Of a DNA stretch of 64,000 bases, positions 26,040 through 40,690 are shown one piece after another; position 1 is the first letter of the stretch, and each line of letters begins with the position of its first letter. Under the pieces are notes generated by a model. It had not been told where the DNA came from. It saw only the letters and a program-made list of their open reading frames with translations, and did no database searches. The DNA lies in NCBI GenBank assembly GCA_963514005.1, contig OY740787.1, positions 67,518,001-67,582,000 on the forward strand, given 5' to 3'. A program made the position numbers and the translations under genes. The DNA is from Raja brachyura (Eukaryota).

Positions 26040-26943
26040 CTGTGATGAAACAGGATAGGATCTAGACGAGTAATTAGGTATAACATTGGTGTTTAAATGG
26101 CCTGTCCTACCAGCATGAAACTCTATGCAATGAGCGCGACCTAACGTGGTCGCTTGAGCCGTCCGATGTCGCGGGGCCGGTCTCACTTCGATCGCCGGAG
26201 CCGTGCGGAGTTTGTCCCGACATTGCGCGGGGCTCCGAAAAACTGACTATGTTCAAAAATTCTGCGCGGCAACGGCTTGTTGGCTCTACGGGGCCGAGTC
26301 AGGTCGCCGCCGTCACAGTTTACATCAGTATCTGCAGTTCTTTCCTACAACAGTTAGTTTATGATGTCATGCAGTATTATAATAAATTGTTCATTGAAGT
26401 TGGTGAGGCCCAGAAAAGAGCAGGAAATGGCACAGTCAACCAGATGCTAAACCATCAGAATTCCAATTGATCGGATAGCAGATATTTAGACATTTACTTT
26501 TAACTTGTTCTGAGCACCAAAGGTGATAGCAGTTTTTTAAATTATCTTTACATGATGAAATACTTTTTCACATTATGGACAAATTCTGGAAACTCGTTAA
26601 ATACATGAGTTTTGAACTTGAACTTCAGTCCATTAATGGAAATGATATGACTGGAGGAGGCATTTCTAATAATGGAGATAGCCCTTTTGAGCCAAGTACA
26701 TCAGAGCACCAAACCTAAGCAGAGGTATGCAAAGTAGAACCTAGGATTGGTTTGAGCTGTTTGAAAGGCTGCCCATCTGGGAGAGATTTAATGAGAAAGT
26801 GTGTGTCTATATATAATATAGACACACACATGTGTATATATATATATATTTATTTATTTATTTTTTCCTTTTCAAACTACAGTAATTGTACCACATCACA
26901 GTAACTATCAAAATGCTGTTTTTAGAATACACTAATCTTTATG

Positions 26944-27943
26944 TAGGTATGTTACAAAACTTACCTTTAGCAGCGCTGCAGTTCTGCCGCTCCCCATGTG
27001 CGTGACTTTGGCGCCTTTCAGAGGGGGGCGGGCTTAAAGTGCCGTTTTTCTACAGACTGGGAAAGTCGATCCATGTCGAGCGATTTCGTTGCGGAAGACA
27101 AATTGCTCCGACATTTCATTAATGAAGGTATTTTTAAATTACGCTAGATTTATTATCTAGGGTAATTTAAAAATGACCTTCAAATGCCGTGAGAGCCGAC
27201 AACGGGAAGGATTTTGCGTAGGGGAGAAAAAAGGTAAATCGTTTATTTTTATATTAAAAGTTGGTTTTTATGGAGGCTTTAATAATATTTTCATGTTGCA
27301 AAATGGGGTCCAAAAAAATGTATGAACTGGCTGTATTTTTTATACCGACTTCGCAGCAAACCGCAACAATCCAATCCACCGCATTCCACTAAAACCCACT
27401 CGCTAGTTGATTTAAATGGCCATTAATTTACAGGCATTAAACACTACATTCATTCAATTTGGCCCAGAAATTCATGAAAATGAGATTTAAAAATTATGTT
27501 ATATTGTGGATTATTGTGTGAATGTTATTTGGACACTTAGACAATTAAAAAAAAGTTTATCTTTTCTTAAGAAATGGACAGATGTTTAGCTACAATTAGA
27601 TAACTAACTAATTATATGCTTTAATTTCAGGTCATCCAAGTAAGATGGTTTCATATTTGTTTCAGAATGCTTTAATCTATAATAACTGAAAATTTCATTG
27701 AGTTCTCTTAATTTTTTTAAGAAAGTTATGGGCTTTTAACGTTTCTAGATCACAGCTTTTGAGTTAAGTCAATTGAAAGGCAATGGGGAACAAGATGCTA
27801 ATTTCCGAGTATGAAAATGGTCATAACTTTCTTAATACTGAAGAAGTGAATTAGGTGTCAAATTAAACTTCTTTTTATGCTTTATTTGATGGGATAAATT
27901 GCAGACTTGATTTTTAAAATCTCAAAATTTTGTAACATTGCTA
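26944..27943. mobile_element. 1-kb non-autonomous DNA transposon (superfamily uncertain)
   Basis: Imperfect TIRs TAGGTATGTTACAAAA / TTTTGTAACATTGCTA; CTTTATG on both flanks (26937-26943, 27944-27950). Confidence 0.7.
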
Positions 27944-28206
27944 CTTTATGTACTTTAAATTTGATCTAGAAACAAGGAACTGTAGATGCTGGCAGTCTGA
28001 ATAAGGGTCCCGATCCAAACCTTCACCTATCCATGTTCTCCAGAGATGCTGCCTGAAATTTCAACATTGTGTCTTTTGCATTTGATCTACATTTTTTGTT
28101 TAGTCATGGCTAGCAAATTACAGATTTATAATATGTTAACATTGGTTTAAATGTTGTTCTAATACGACTGATTGTAATTCTAAATATACTGAAATATTGG
28201 AAATAC

Positions 28207-28318
28207 CTGTAAGAAAGTATTGTGGATTGAAAATACTCGAACTCCAGATAACATTGGAAGGGACACATCTTGGGTCCAAATGTCAAGTTCATGGCAACTC
28301 ATTAGAAGATCACTGTAC
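28207..28318 (-). pseudogene. Dynein pseudo-exon YSDLLMSCHELDIWTQDVSLP/VIWSSSIFNPQYFLT
   Basis: 112 nt where 113 is needed; 1-nt deletion near 28254; ctgcag acceptor, GTATTT donor. Confidence 0.9.
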
Positions 28319-29789
28319 CTGCAGAGAATACAAAGGACAAGGAGCATGGATGCGTAAGCAAGATACATTACAGTGACCCTAAGAATAATGATCGCACAAA
28401 GTTTAGGATTTATTAATATCAAAGCCGCACAAATCAAAATAGTGTTGAAATGCAGAATCTAGATTAAATTTAAATATCTTGGATGGAATTGTCTTACTTT
28501 TCATAGTTAATTAGAAATTTAGCATGGAAACAAGACCTTTGGCCGAAGTCCACACCTCTCATCAACCACTATTTACAGCAATCCTATGTTAATCCAATTT
28601 TTTTTCTATCCACGTTTAATCAACTCGAACACTTGATCATACATTGGGGACAATTTATACTGGCCGATTAACATACCTAATCCTGTGTCTTTGGAAGATG
28701 GAAGGAAACTGGAGCACCGAGATGAAACACACATGGTTGCAGGGAGAACACGCAGAGAATACCTGAAGTCAGGACTGAATTTATAGGTCTTGTTTTCATT
28801 TCCTTGATATAAATCCAATTCATCACAGGATTTTTCTTGGTATCACTGAAAATAAATGCTAATTATCTACGCATTTGCATTATTTCCAAAATGAAACTCA
28901 TAAGAAAAATGATAAATACCTAACCCTATTAGTCATAGTTGCCTATCTTGCAGTTTTGTTTAATATAGTACATATATATAACCCTCAGTTGTATTCTAAT
29001 TAATTTGTGCAACTTAAAAAAAATCTGATACACATCAGATAGTTAAAACCTTCGCCAAGAAATCTAATCAGTGAGAATGTGAGGTTCCTTGTAAAATCCA
29101 TGTTACACATTCTACATCATCAACAAATTGCTATCAAACGGCTAGTGGGCCCGATGTTTAATGAATTCTCTGTGCCCTGATATATGCAGTTATGAGTTAA
29201 AACCAACAAAACATAGGCCAAGAGGTATCACCATGTAGACTATAAACTTCCAAGAAGCAACAACCTGCTATTTCCAACTGAACATTTTATAATTTTTGTT
29301 TTGGAAGTAGTGTTATGTCTTTTTCAAACAATTAATTATATTTATCGTGAAAGGGACATGTAGAACAATAAAGCACAGGAATCGTCCCTTCGGACCACGG
29401 TGCCTGCAGTGACCATGTGGCCAATCCAAAACAAATACCATCTCACTGCACAAGGTCCACAATCCTATGTTCACTCGCTATTCACATTTGTCTAACTGCT
29501 TCCTAAACGTCACTGCCGCATCTTACTTTCCCTGGCAGCATGTCCCTGGAACCTACCATCCTTTGTGCAAACTTGCCTCATGATTTTTTTTGATTTCCCC
29601 TCTCCCCACAATTCTGTGACCCCCCCCCCACCTGATGCTCCAGAGGAGAAAATACAAGTTTGTCCAATCTTTCCTTGCAGCTAGAGGAACTGATAGGCTG
29701 GTACTTTTGGTGGCCAGTCTGGACCCATGGCGCTGAATAAATCCTGTGTTGTAAGAATGTATTAAAAGGACATTGCATGTATCCCAGAC

Positions 29790-30075
29790 TTTAGAGATAC
29801 AGCGTGGAAACAGGCCCTTCGCCCTACCAAGTCCGCACTGACCACTGATCACCAGTATATTAGTTCTATGTTCTTCCAGTTTTGCATCCTACACACTAGG
29901 GCCAATTAACCTACAAACCTGTACAGATTTGGATCATGGGAGGAAACCGGAGCACCCGGAGAAAACCCACGTGGTCACAACCAGAACGTGCAAACTCCAC
30001 ACAGACAGCATACATAGTCAGGATTGAACCCGGGTGCCTAACGGTGTAAGGCAGAAACCACCACTGAGCCACCCC
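29790..30075 (-). mobile_element. tRNA-derived V-SINE
   Basis: Reverse complement of the family head/core/tail. Confidence 0.8.
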
Positions 30076-33000
30076 GATAATAATTTTATCTACATCACGC
30101 TAGTGAGCTGTTCTCCATTATGTGGTTAAGTATGCACACAAGCCCTGCCTTTCCCATTCAATAATGATAGATGTAGCAAAAGAACAGCTGCCATTCAGCT
30201 GCTGTTAAAGATTCAATACCAGTGTGCAGCCACCAGAGATCTAGCACTCCCGCTGTCGAGGTGGTTTGCTGGGAGCATTTACGGAAAAATTGCAGACGCA
30301 CTGGCTTTCAGAGTATCTTGTGAATTTCAACTTTTGAGTTAACTCGATGGCACTGGCTGGTCTTGCCTCTGGTACAGATCCACTTCTCATCAGCAGTCTG
30401 TGTCTATGGTCAGCAAAAATCACCACTCTTGGGTTCATATTAACATTGCTGTCCAAAGAAACAAGTTGAACTGCATTTTCTACATCAGGCAACTGAACCA
30501 TCCTATCAGCAACTAGAGAGCAGTGCTGAGCTACTATCTACATCATTTGAGACTCTCGGACTATCTTTAATCAAACTTTACCTTGTACTATATGTTATTC
30601 CCTTTGTACATTGTGGATAGCTCAATTGTAATCATATAGTTTTCCTCTGACTGGATAGCACACAACAAAAAGCTTTTCATTGTGCCTCGGTACACATGAC
30701 AATAAACTAGGCTAAAAATATTTTGGGATTATTAATATAAATTTTCAAACTATGTGACTGATCAGCGGAATGAGAATGTTATACTGTTCATTATCATTCC
30801 TCAAGTATGCATGCGTTTTGAAATTCACTTAAAATATTGTCTGCTACCAACCCCCATTCCTCTCCCTCTGCAACAACCTCCCCACCGATCACAAATCCAC
30901 CAGTTTAGGTTGCAAGTCGAGATAATCTAAGAAGACACTTTTCTTACATGGGTGTCATTTTATAAAATGAGAATTATGCAGACATAAATATCTGAATTAT
31001 TTCTTCAAATATCACTGCTTACCACAGGTGTGCCACTAAACTTACCATCCATTTAATTACTTTCTTTCCCAATCAAACCCTTTTCTCTTGTTTATCATTG
31101 CCGGTGCAGAGATGTGGTTTCAAGCTGAATTACCTCTGATTTGCTACAATTTATCTGTCACATCTTCAATGGCTTAACTATGTGTCCATTAGAAACTCAT
31201 TGTTCACTCTTTAAATTAAGCACCTATACAGAGTTTACGATGTGTTCTCCAAAAACAGAGGGATTAATTTTATTCACAGCATGTACATCAACTGTGTTTC
31301 ATCTCCATATAATGTGACAACCTCTGTTTAGCAATGCAACATATCCACATCCACAATTAAATATGTGTGTCAGCATGTTAGTTTACTTCAAGCAAAATGC
31401 ATTTTTTCAGGTAAGAAATGAAGGGTTAAGAGACTCTCATCTCTGGTTCTAGTACATATGCAAGACCTCAAATTGAGGAAATCATTAAGGCTTATAGGAT
31501 ACCAGAGAGCAACAGTTTGTTCCCTATTTCCCTTCTGAGTACTGACGTTTATACAGTTTTAAGAACATGCTACTTAAAGGTGTTGATGTTGTGTAAGGGT
31601 AGGGGAGAGCATGATGCTACTCACACATGCTGCAGAGTCATACAGCGCGCCTTCGGACCAACTTAGCCATGCCAACCAACATGCCTCATCGTCCCACCTG
31701 CCTGTGTTTGGCCCATATCCCTCAAAACCTACCCATGGTACCTGTCTAAATGTTTCTTAAACATTGTGATGGTACCTGCCTCAACTAACTCCACTAGCAG
31801 CTCGTTCCATACGCCTACCACTTTCGTATAAAAATGTTGCCCCTCAGGTTTCTATTAAATCTCCTATTAAATTTTAGATGTATTCATTTTCACAAGGCAA
31901 TAACTAGTTGGGCCCAAACGCAGATCTCTGTGGGACCCCATTGGTTATTAACTGCCAACCCAGAACAGATGCTTTTATTCCTACTTAGCTTCCCATATGT
32001 CAACCCATTTTCATTCCATACAAGTGTATTATCGTTGACCCCATGATCTTCGATTTTGTACACTGGCCTTTTGTAATGGAATTTATTAAATGCCTTGCAA
32101 AACCACATTCACAAGTTCTTCATCTATTAGAATGATATAGCACAGAAACATGCCCAGCTCGTCTACATGCCAACTAAGATGCTCCACCTAAGCTAAGCTA
32201 CATTTACCTGCCATTGGCCCATATCCCTGCAAACCTGTTCAAATCCAGACTAGACGTCTTTTAAATGTTGTTAGAATACCTGCCCAAACTACTTCCCTTG
32301 GTAGCTCATTCCACATACCCACCATCCTCAATGTGAAAAAGTAGCACCTCAGGTTTCTATTAAATCTTTCTCCTCTCGCCTTAAACCTATAAATCCATAA
32401 CTGATAAAAAATTCCTCAGTGATTCACAAATTACTCCAGTGGGCAAAGATGTGAGAATGATGTCCACCAAAGAACAAAGACCATCCTGGTCTGAATGTTT
32501 ACAGCAATTCCTTTGTTGCTGCCTCGATCATTAGTGATCCAAAATCAACAGTGGTGCAAGGAGACAAGCTTCCTTCATCTCAAGGCAACTAGTGATGGGT
32601 AATACCTACAATTGTTCTTTATATCTCGAGGAAGAAATTGAAGCAGATTAAATTATCAATGCCCAAACCATGTCCAATGGTATTTTTCTGCAAATTATTG
32701 TAGAGAATTTTCTGAAACTTCTTTTACAAATGATACTGCTACATTGTTATTTAGAATCCAAGAATGCACAAGACTAGATTGCAACTTGTATATTGAAAAT
32801 GTTTGTCCCATTGCCACAATGAAATATAGGTAAAAAAAATACAATTCAATCACATTCACATAACAATCAGTTTTTTCCTTCTTGTTCACAACTAACAATG
32901 TCACCAGAAGACTGTGGATGGTATCATTACTTCAATGATGTAGAATGACTTGAGGATATAGCAAGTAATTTCACAAGGCAGCTTTCAATCTGCCATCAGT

Positions 33001-34817
33001 GCATGAAATGTGATTTGTAGAAGGCAGCTAGTTTCAGGGAAAGCTTAAGTACGCCTCATAACGTTTAAACATGATTGTTTTTCAATTTCGCACCCCATTC
33101 TCTGGTTTGTACAGCATCACACTTAAACAGCTTCATGTACTGATGTTTTTAAAAGAATAATTATATTTGCAGATTATTTTGTCTTCTAAAGACTATAAAC
33201 TGCAAGTGCAGACCACTTGCAGTATCAGTTCTGTCTTGCAGAAGAAATGGCGTTAATGATAAGTGGGTCTATTTATAGTGTGAAATCTCAGACTGTGCTT
33301 AAAATGATTGAGCCCTGGCAGATCGCATGCTTGATATAATTGGCATACAACAGTGGCTAGTCTAAATTGCACTTGATTATTAATCAAAGTATCCTGAGAG
33401 AACCAGATTTTATTATTGCATTGCTGATCTCTCAAACTATTGCCTTTCTTGATCTACAGCAATTTCTGACAAAGGGGACAAGATAAATGCAAACATCTTT
33501 AGAAACATAAAACTGATGGTCAAGAATGAACTATATTTGTGTACAGAATCTGTCATTAGTTTTCAACTTCTGCATCAGTCAATAGCTTGGTCACATTTGT
33601 ATTCACAACCTCCAATCTACCTTGAAAGTATAATTTACGATGCCTGTTATATTATTCTATCTAGCATGTTTGTTGCTCAGTTTTGTAAATGTTGAACATT
33701 CAGTTCTGTACAATATTTGCATAAAAATCTAAATTATTTTAAAATGGAACTTTGAATGTTTGCAATAATTTGCAAACATTTTATATTCAACACAGTAATT
33801 TAAGTTATATGCTGATGAAAGCTAGAAGAGCTTTTGGTTCGTTAAGGGATGAATTTTATTCCAGTCTAAGTCAACAATTTGACCTGCAGCTGAGGAAATT
33901 CCATACAAAAACAAAATCATGCAGAGTTAGCTTAGAACCCACCTCTCTGCAAAGAAAAATAGCAAATATACTCATGATGCCTATCATAAATTCTTATTTG
34001 TCAAGGAAACTATTTATCACATCATGGATAGGAAAGGTTTAGATGGATATGGGCCTAACATGGATGGATAAGACCAGTATAGATGGAGCAACTTGGTCAG
34101 CATAGACAAGTTGGGCCGAAGGGCCTGTTTCCATGCATTGTGACTCCTTGACACTATCTCCTTATCATAATGAGGAGCTTCACAGGGGAAAAAAACACAT
34201 TATCTGAATGGCCCGTTTCTCTACTGGCAGATCAGACAATTACTTGTTCTCCACAAATTTGAAACTCTCCTTTTTCATGCATGCCCAGCATCAGCCAGAC
34301 AGGATATTACAAAACATAACAGGCAAACAGATTTATTTTGCTAGAAGAATGATAAAATATTGGTACAGAAATTAGCCAAAGGTTACACAGTATAATTTTC
34401 ATAGTTATTATTTAGTGGAATAAATGTTGCTGTACTGCATGCTGTCATGCACATGAGCACACAAAGTCTTCATTTAGAGTGGATAAGACATTTTCTATTA
34501 TGACTACTATTAAACATGATTCCTTGCTTGCATTTCTCATACCATACTGATCCCTAGAGACTCGTTACACATTATGCAAGTAGATACCGAATGGTTTGTG
34601 ACTAACAGATCACTGTGATGCATAATAGCTACATCAAAACACTGTTGTACGGTGAAGGGGAAGGGGGGGGGGGGGGGGGGGGGTGATAGAAATATAGCAA
34701 ATATCCCAAGGAAAAGCAAAATCTGATTTCCATGCAAGAAATACTGAGCAATTCAAGTGGCATCTTGACAGACAGAATGCCACGTACAAACTATTTGTAT
34801 CTTGACATGTTACTTAC

Positions 34818-34933
34818 CACTGTGCTAGACTGTACATTGATGGATATACCAGCATAGTCCATGTGTCAGGAATGTTATCAAAGAAAAGTGCTGTCTGCAG
34901 TATCTCCATCTCTGATGAAATTGCGAACTCGCC
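34818..34933 (-). pseudogene. Dynein exon GEFAISSEMEILQTALFFDNIPDTWTMLVYPSMYSLAQW (open)
   Basis: ttgttag acceptor, TG|GTAAGT donor; matches DNAH11 GELALS…VPDTWSKLAYPSTYGLAQW. Confidence 0.9.
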
Positions 34934-36420
34934 CTAACAAAAGCAAGGAGGAATGCAGTTTGTAGTTTAAAAATAATTATGATACACCAATGTGATGAAT
35001 AGCTCAGCTATTAAATAGGCTTTTGCATCAACTACAAAACTGAAGAATCACATATTTTGTTCATGCACGAAAGTGCAATTCAGTCTAGTTCAAGATTGTC
35101 CAAAATAAGATCAGAATTCTGTACTTCGATGACGTTTTAACAAATTAAGACAGCAACTTGGTTTGCTTGCTTTGACAAGGAGTGGAATGAATGCAAGAAT
35201 GATCTACACATCCACTTTTTGGGGATTTCTTCAGCAACATAATAAATTGATGCAAACTAAAATGCCAGTGGATTATATCACCTTCATTTGTGCTGTCTAA
35301 TCTTTCTTGCTCTTCTTAAACTCATTTTATAAAGTAGTAATCTAAATGGTACAGAATCTAAGTGACAATTGTTGCCAACCACATGACTTGCAAGTAGTAA
35401 AGAAAAACATTTTTTATTTTTTTTTAAATCACAAAGAACTCCTGTAAAGAGTTATACAATGAACTGAAAATGCAAATATTTTGATCCTGATCAGATTTAG
35501 AGATGTGAAGAAGGATTGACCATTGTTTTGTCTGTAACAGTGGGTCAAACAGATTACTTGAGTAGTGCATTTGGCCATTGCTCTCAATTCACGTGAAAGT
35601 GCATAGAGCAATCTTGCCACTGAAGAGAGGAATTAAGTCGCTTTGAGTGAATTAATCAAGGCACTACAAAACTGCTTGATTTCATTCCCAAAACCAACTG
35701 CACGAGCAGTTATCTAAGTGACAATTGTTGCCAACCACATGTCTCTTTAAATGTTTGACAGACCTCACTGAAAGGCAGGTGATCCATTTTTAAAATTATG
35801 CTTAATTGAAACCGGGAAGAGCAGGTGTACCTCCTGGCTGTGCAACTATCTTGTAGGTAAGCATACCACTGGCTGCCAAATTTTTATAAGATTAACACGG
35901 GTTGGACAGTCAGACACAGAATGTGACTTGCAGAGGTGCAAGCAGGAAGAGATGGTGACAGGCAACATTGAGGGAGAGCATGGCCTTTGACTCCGTAAGC
36001 AGAAAACTAGTAAAACAAGTTAGCTTTGCGCAATGCCCAACTCCCACAAATGAATTTGAAAATTATCTTTTATTGTGTGCAACCACATCAACAATTTTCT
36101 TAAAACGCCACGGCACTACACATCTACCATTATATTTTCTAATAACGTACAAATCATTCATTTGGAAAAGTGTAGGCTAAACTGGTGAACTACAGGAAGT
36201 GAACACTTCTGCGGTATTTCACGAAGAGAAATGCAACAATTTAATATTAGCTTTGTCAGAAAGAGTGTTTTAATATTTCTTCATTGATGCAAGACATTGA
36301 AAATGTACCTTACTAAATATTACTTTGTAAAGTGCCTCAGATTAACAGGAAAATGTTGATGAAATACAATAATTTTTAAAATGTTGTTCAGTACTATTGG
36401 TATGTTTACTCATGTCTTAC

Positions 36421-36603
36421 TTTCAATCCCAGATCAAGTTCCTTTAATGAATCCCTCATTTCTTGGAGTAGGATATTAATTTTTTCGCATTCTTGGAAAC
36501 AGACCAGAACATACGGGGTGCGCTCAGCAGGCTTACAGGTTATTTCAGCCATGTTGTATTCCTCTGGCAGTTTTTCTAAAATGTCATCCAGGATTATTTT
36601 TAC
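36421..36603 (-). pseudogene. Dynein exon [21 protein letters not shown]…[17 protein letters not shown]…LDLGLK (open)
   Basis: 183 nt open frame; [10 protein letters not shown] is the DNAH11-type version of this motif; GTAAGA donor. Confidence 0.93.
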
Positions 36604-37320
36604 CTTTAAAAGCAGTTTCAATTGAATATGAAAACTGATTCCTATTTGTGTTAAATTTTCAGTACTAAATAATATTATTTCTCAATATGTATTGATTTCT
36701 TTATTTTTGTTTACTTCCTATAAAAATATTGATGATTACATTTAAATATTAAAATTAAGAACAATAGATTTTTGGATATTAAAGAAATCAGACAATGACG
36801 ACAGGGCTTGAAATGGTGCTGAGGCAGGGGATTATCTGTGATCTTGTTCAATGAACCTGATTTTACATGGATTCTCTTTTTAAGCAATATTGATGTCAAT
36901 TGAGATGGGCAAATTTTGTTTTTATACAGAACAAGCCACCAGGGGTTGTGGTGCAGGCAGAAACGATAGCGGCATTCAAAAGAGTTTTAGATAGACATAT
37001 GGCTATGCCAGGAATGGACGGACGTGGATCACGGCAAGCAGAGGAGATTAGTTTAACGGCATCATGTTCGGCATGGATATTATTGCCCAAACGGTCGGTT
37101 TCTGTGCTTTACTGTTCTATTATGCTTAATTGTGTAATTACTGCCAAATACTACCCAACTTAATTCTCAATACAGAATGCCCTTATTGCGAATGCAACAA
37201 TAGCTATGTAAAATATTTGGCTACTTGTTCTGATCCTCGGATTTGCACAATCAGCTAGAAATGTCATCTTGTGTTTCTCCCAATAAAAATTGAACATTTT
37301 AACAGTTTTATATTTCTGAC

Positions 37321-37563
37321 CTTTTCTTCATCAGTTTGTATGACTCCTTCAGCAGTCATTGAATCTCTGGGCTGCATTTCTAGTAAGGTATGCAGAAGAT
37401 TGTTCAAAGTCACAGATAGGAATTCAATTCCTGCATTCGAGTGGAGACCATAATGTGCAGGACTCTCAGGCGGTAACATTTCATCAGCATATCTGTGATA
37501 ACCATTGTAATCAATATTTGATGGTGGTACAAAACCAGGAGCTAAAGCTAGTTTACTTTCAAG
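37321..37563 (-). pseudogene. Dynein exon [11 protein letters not shown]…[21 protein letters not shown]…LLEMQPRDS…DEEK (open)
   Basis: 243 nt open frame, ttccag acceptor, GTCAGA donor; matches DNAH11 [21 protein letters not shown]. Confidence 0.93.
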
Positions 37564-38842
37564 CTGGAAAAAACAAGGAATAAGAGAGTGCGAAATAAAT
37601 CAATAAGGTGCTTATTACGACCTAATTTATTTAAATATAATTAGCATCTTATTTATTTAAAAATAAAATTCACATAGAGTCTGACCCTAGAGTCCTGGCA
37701 ACATCATTGTAAATCTTCTCGTCCCCTTTCCAACCTGGCAACTTATTTATTTAATGATTCCATCAAAATGAGGCATATTATTAGCATGTAACATAAGGGT
37801 AACAAAATAATTCACATAAAGTCATGCAGCACGAAAACAGGCCCTCATGCTGACCAAGATGTCCCATCTACACTAGTCCCAAATCCCACATTTGGCCCAC
37901 ATACCTCAAAACCTTTCCTATCCATATAATTCTGATCGATGGATTCTGCGTATTAAAAGCATACTCAATATGGCCGGGCTGCATTAATTATATTAAGGTA
38001 GTGGATCATTAATGTTCTATCGAATAGTTGAGCAGAATCCATCAGAATTGCCTCCTCCTTCGTGTTTCTTATAACAAGAAATGTCACTCATGAATAAAAA
38101 ATGAAAACATCACATGCTTGCTTCTAATTAGGACAAATGTTCTGAACCTGCGGGATATCCATAATTTTGCAAGTGCACAATGAATGTGAAGCAAAAGTAA
38201 CAACTTTTAAGACTTTCCAAAGTTTAGTTTCTTGTATTGCAAATGTTTACTGCCCTCCCATCCCATTCCTAAAGTGCCATCACCTTCCTTACTGAAACAT
38301 CCAGAGTAATCCTATGTTTCTATGTAATCCATTATTATTTTTCTCCAAGAAAGGAGAGGGCATTATAACATGAACACAAAAGATGAAAAATAGCAAATCG
38401 AGCAGCAGGGGTGAGAAACCACAGGTGAAAAATGGAGAAATTGAAAAACAATAATTGAGGAGTAAGACTTGTTAATATTTTTCCACTGGCTTACACAGCT
38501 ATTTAGATGCATCAGGAAGCCCAAACACACAGAGTTAATGATCTGGTTTTGTGGAAAATATGTTGTTTATTTTGCACATGGACATTGTGTTAAAATGGAA
38601 TTGTTTGCATACTGAGCAAGAAAAAACAAAATATATTTCCAGTAGGGGGAGCCCCAACTCCAGTAACTTTAAAACTTCAGCAGCTCATGCCACTCAGAAT
38701 CCCGATCCGAAACGTTGCCTATCCACATTCTCCAGAGATGCTGCCTGACCTGCTGAGTTATTCCAGCACTTTGTGTCTTTTTGTTTGTAAACCAGCATCT
38801 GCATTTCCTTGTCTTCAGAATCATATTCACCACATACAGTAC

Positions 38843-38956
38843 CTGATTAGGTTGCATATATTCTTCTAGGTAAGTAAGTCTTCTGTCCCAGTCAACAGTA
38901 ATGTGACCACCGTACATGATTTCCCCAAAGAGGTAACACAGATCTTCCCAGGGCAC
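38843..38956 (-). pseudogene. Dynein pseudo-exon [38 protein letters not shown]
   Basis: [10 protein letters not shown] signature; two codons (conserved CR of DRRLCRTYL) deleted in frame. Confidence 0.93.
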
Positions 38957-40397
38957 CTTAAACAGCAAGTAATGTGTTCATTATTTAAGTGTTAAAAACG
39001 AATAAATAAGTGATTTATGAAGGTGTAATGCTTCACGACTATTAAACTATATAGACATAGACTTTATCAATGTGATCTTAATAAATTTATCTTTGCCTTT
39101 TGCTGTAGTGAAGGACAAGAAGATAATTATAGAAAAAGCACAATTTCCAGTTAAAAGCAATCTGGCAGCTTTTATATCAAGAGATAACTAGGGATAAATA
39201 CAATGGTTCACCACTAATCCTTGATGCTCTTTCACTCATAACTCAATTATTGGTCTTTCGCACAGCAAGAGTATTTCTAACTTCAAAATATCACTGACAC
39301 TAAATCTTATAATTTTCCACCAAATTTATGAGGTTTCCTAATAATTAATTAATCTTTTTTTGTTCAAAATGTCCTTGCGTCTATTCCTTCTGGAATACAG
39401 TTCAAATGGAAGAAATCCAACAACTCATGAATTCTCCAATGTCACCCAGTTTGAAACCCTAGTGTCCAGAATAAAACATATATATGCTTTTGCCGATTTA
39501 ATGACCTCCTATGAATCTTCTAATTTTTTTAACTTCACACCAAAACTTTACATTGTTGCAAACTAATAAAATATTCTTTGAAAATAAATAAAGGATATCA
39601 GTTAGATGTCTTGTCCGCATATCCAGGTAGAAGGCATCCAAAATGCTGAACTGTTCTCTATGCATCGTTCCAGCTTACGAATGTCAGGCTGACTGGAGAG
39701 AATGAAAATATCTCCTAGCACAACAGAATGAAATCCATCAGCTGAGACAGAACTACTGCAATCGAGAAATCAGGGAGGGCTGGCACTTCAATAATAGTCT
39801 TGGATCACTGTTGGAGAATAATGGTGACATGTCTGCACGTAGAATCAGCCCTGCCTGCTCTTCCATCCATATCTTAATGGTTTAATCATAATATTTGAGC
39901 CCTAGCCATTAGGTATAATGCACTATCAATGAAGTAAAGTTAATTCATGCACTGCTACATAGAGTTTATAAGGAATTTAATAAAAAATGCTTATGAGGGA
40001 AATAAAGCATTGACCATTTCCTTGCATGCCAGTAGAATGTAAAAGAAAAGATTTCCATCATTCTTCATAATGTAATGTGCAACAGGTAGAAGTTTAAGAA
40101 AATTAAAAAGCAAATAAAGTGACACCTAACAAAATTTCGAAATGTTCAAACAATTGCTCCATTTTATAGTCTCATAAATTCAATTATATCACAAAATAAA
40201 CAGGTATCTTTTTTATTATTAATGAGAATCTTAAAAATATTTCAGTGTTTCTTGTAGTTATGGACTTACAATCAGAAACAGGAAGAATTAGTGACATCCA
40301 AATACGAGCACCACCATTTCATAAGGTTACTATAGTGGTCGGCAACTATTCACCAGCAGTGTCAAAATCAGTCATGGGAAGCTGTAAATTGCTCAGT

Positions 40398-40690
40398 GGG
40401 GCAGCGGTAGACCTGCTGCCTTACAGCCACAGACACCCGGGTTCAATACTGGCTACACGTGCTGTCTGTACATTCTACCCGTGACTGCGTGGGTTTCCTC
40501 CGGGTGCTCCAGTTTCCTCTCACATTCCAAAGGCATACAGGTTTGTAGGTTAATTGGCTTTGGTAAAATTGTAAATTGTCCCTTGTGTGTAGGGTGGTGC
40601 AAGTGTACGGGGATAGCAAGTTAGCATGGACTTGATGGGCATAAAGGGCCTGTTTCTGCACTGTACCTCCAAGCTAAACTAAGCTAAATG
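40398..40690 (+). mobile_element. tRNA-derived V-SINE
   Basis: GCAGCGGTAG…GGGTTCAAT head, core, (CTAAA)n tail. Confidence 0.82.
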
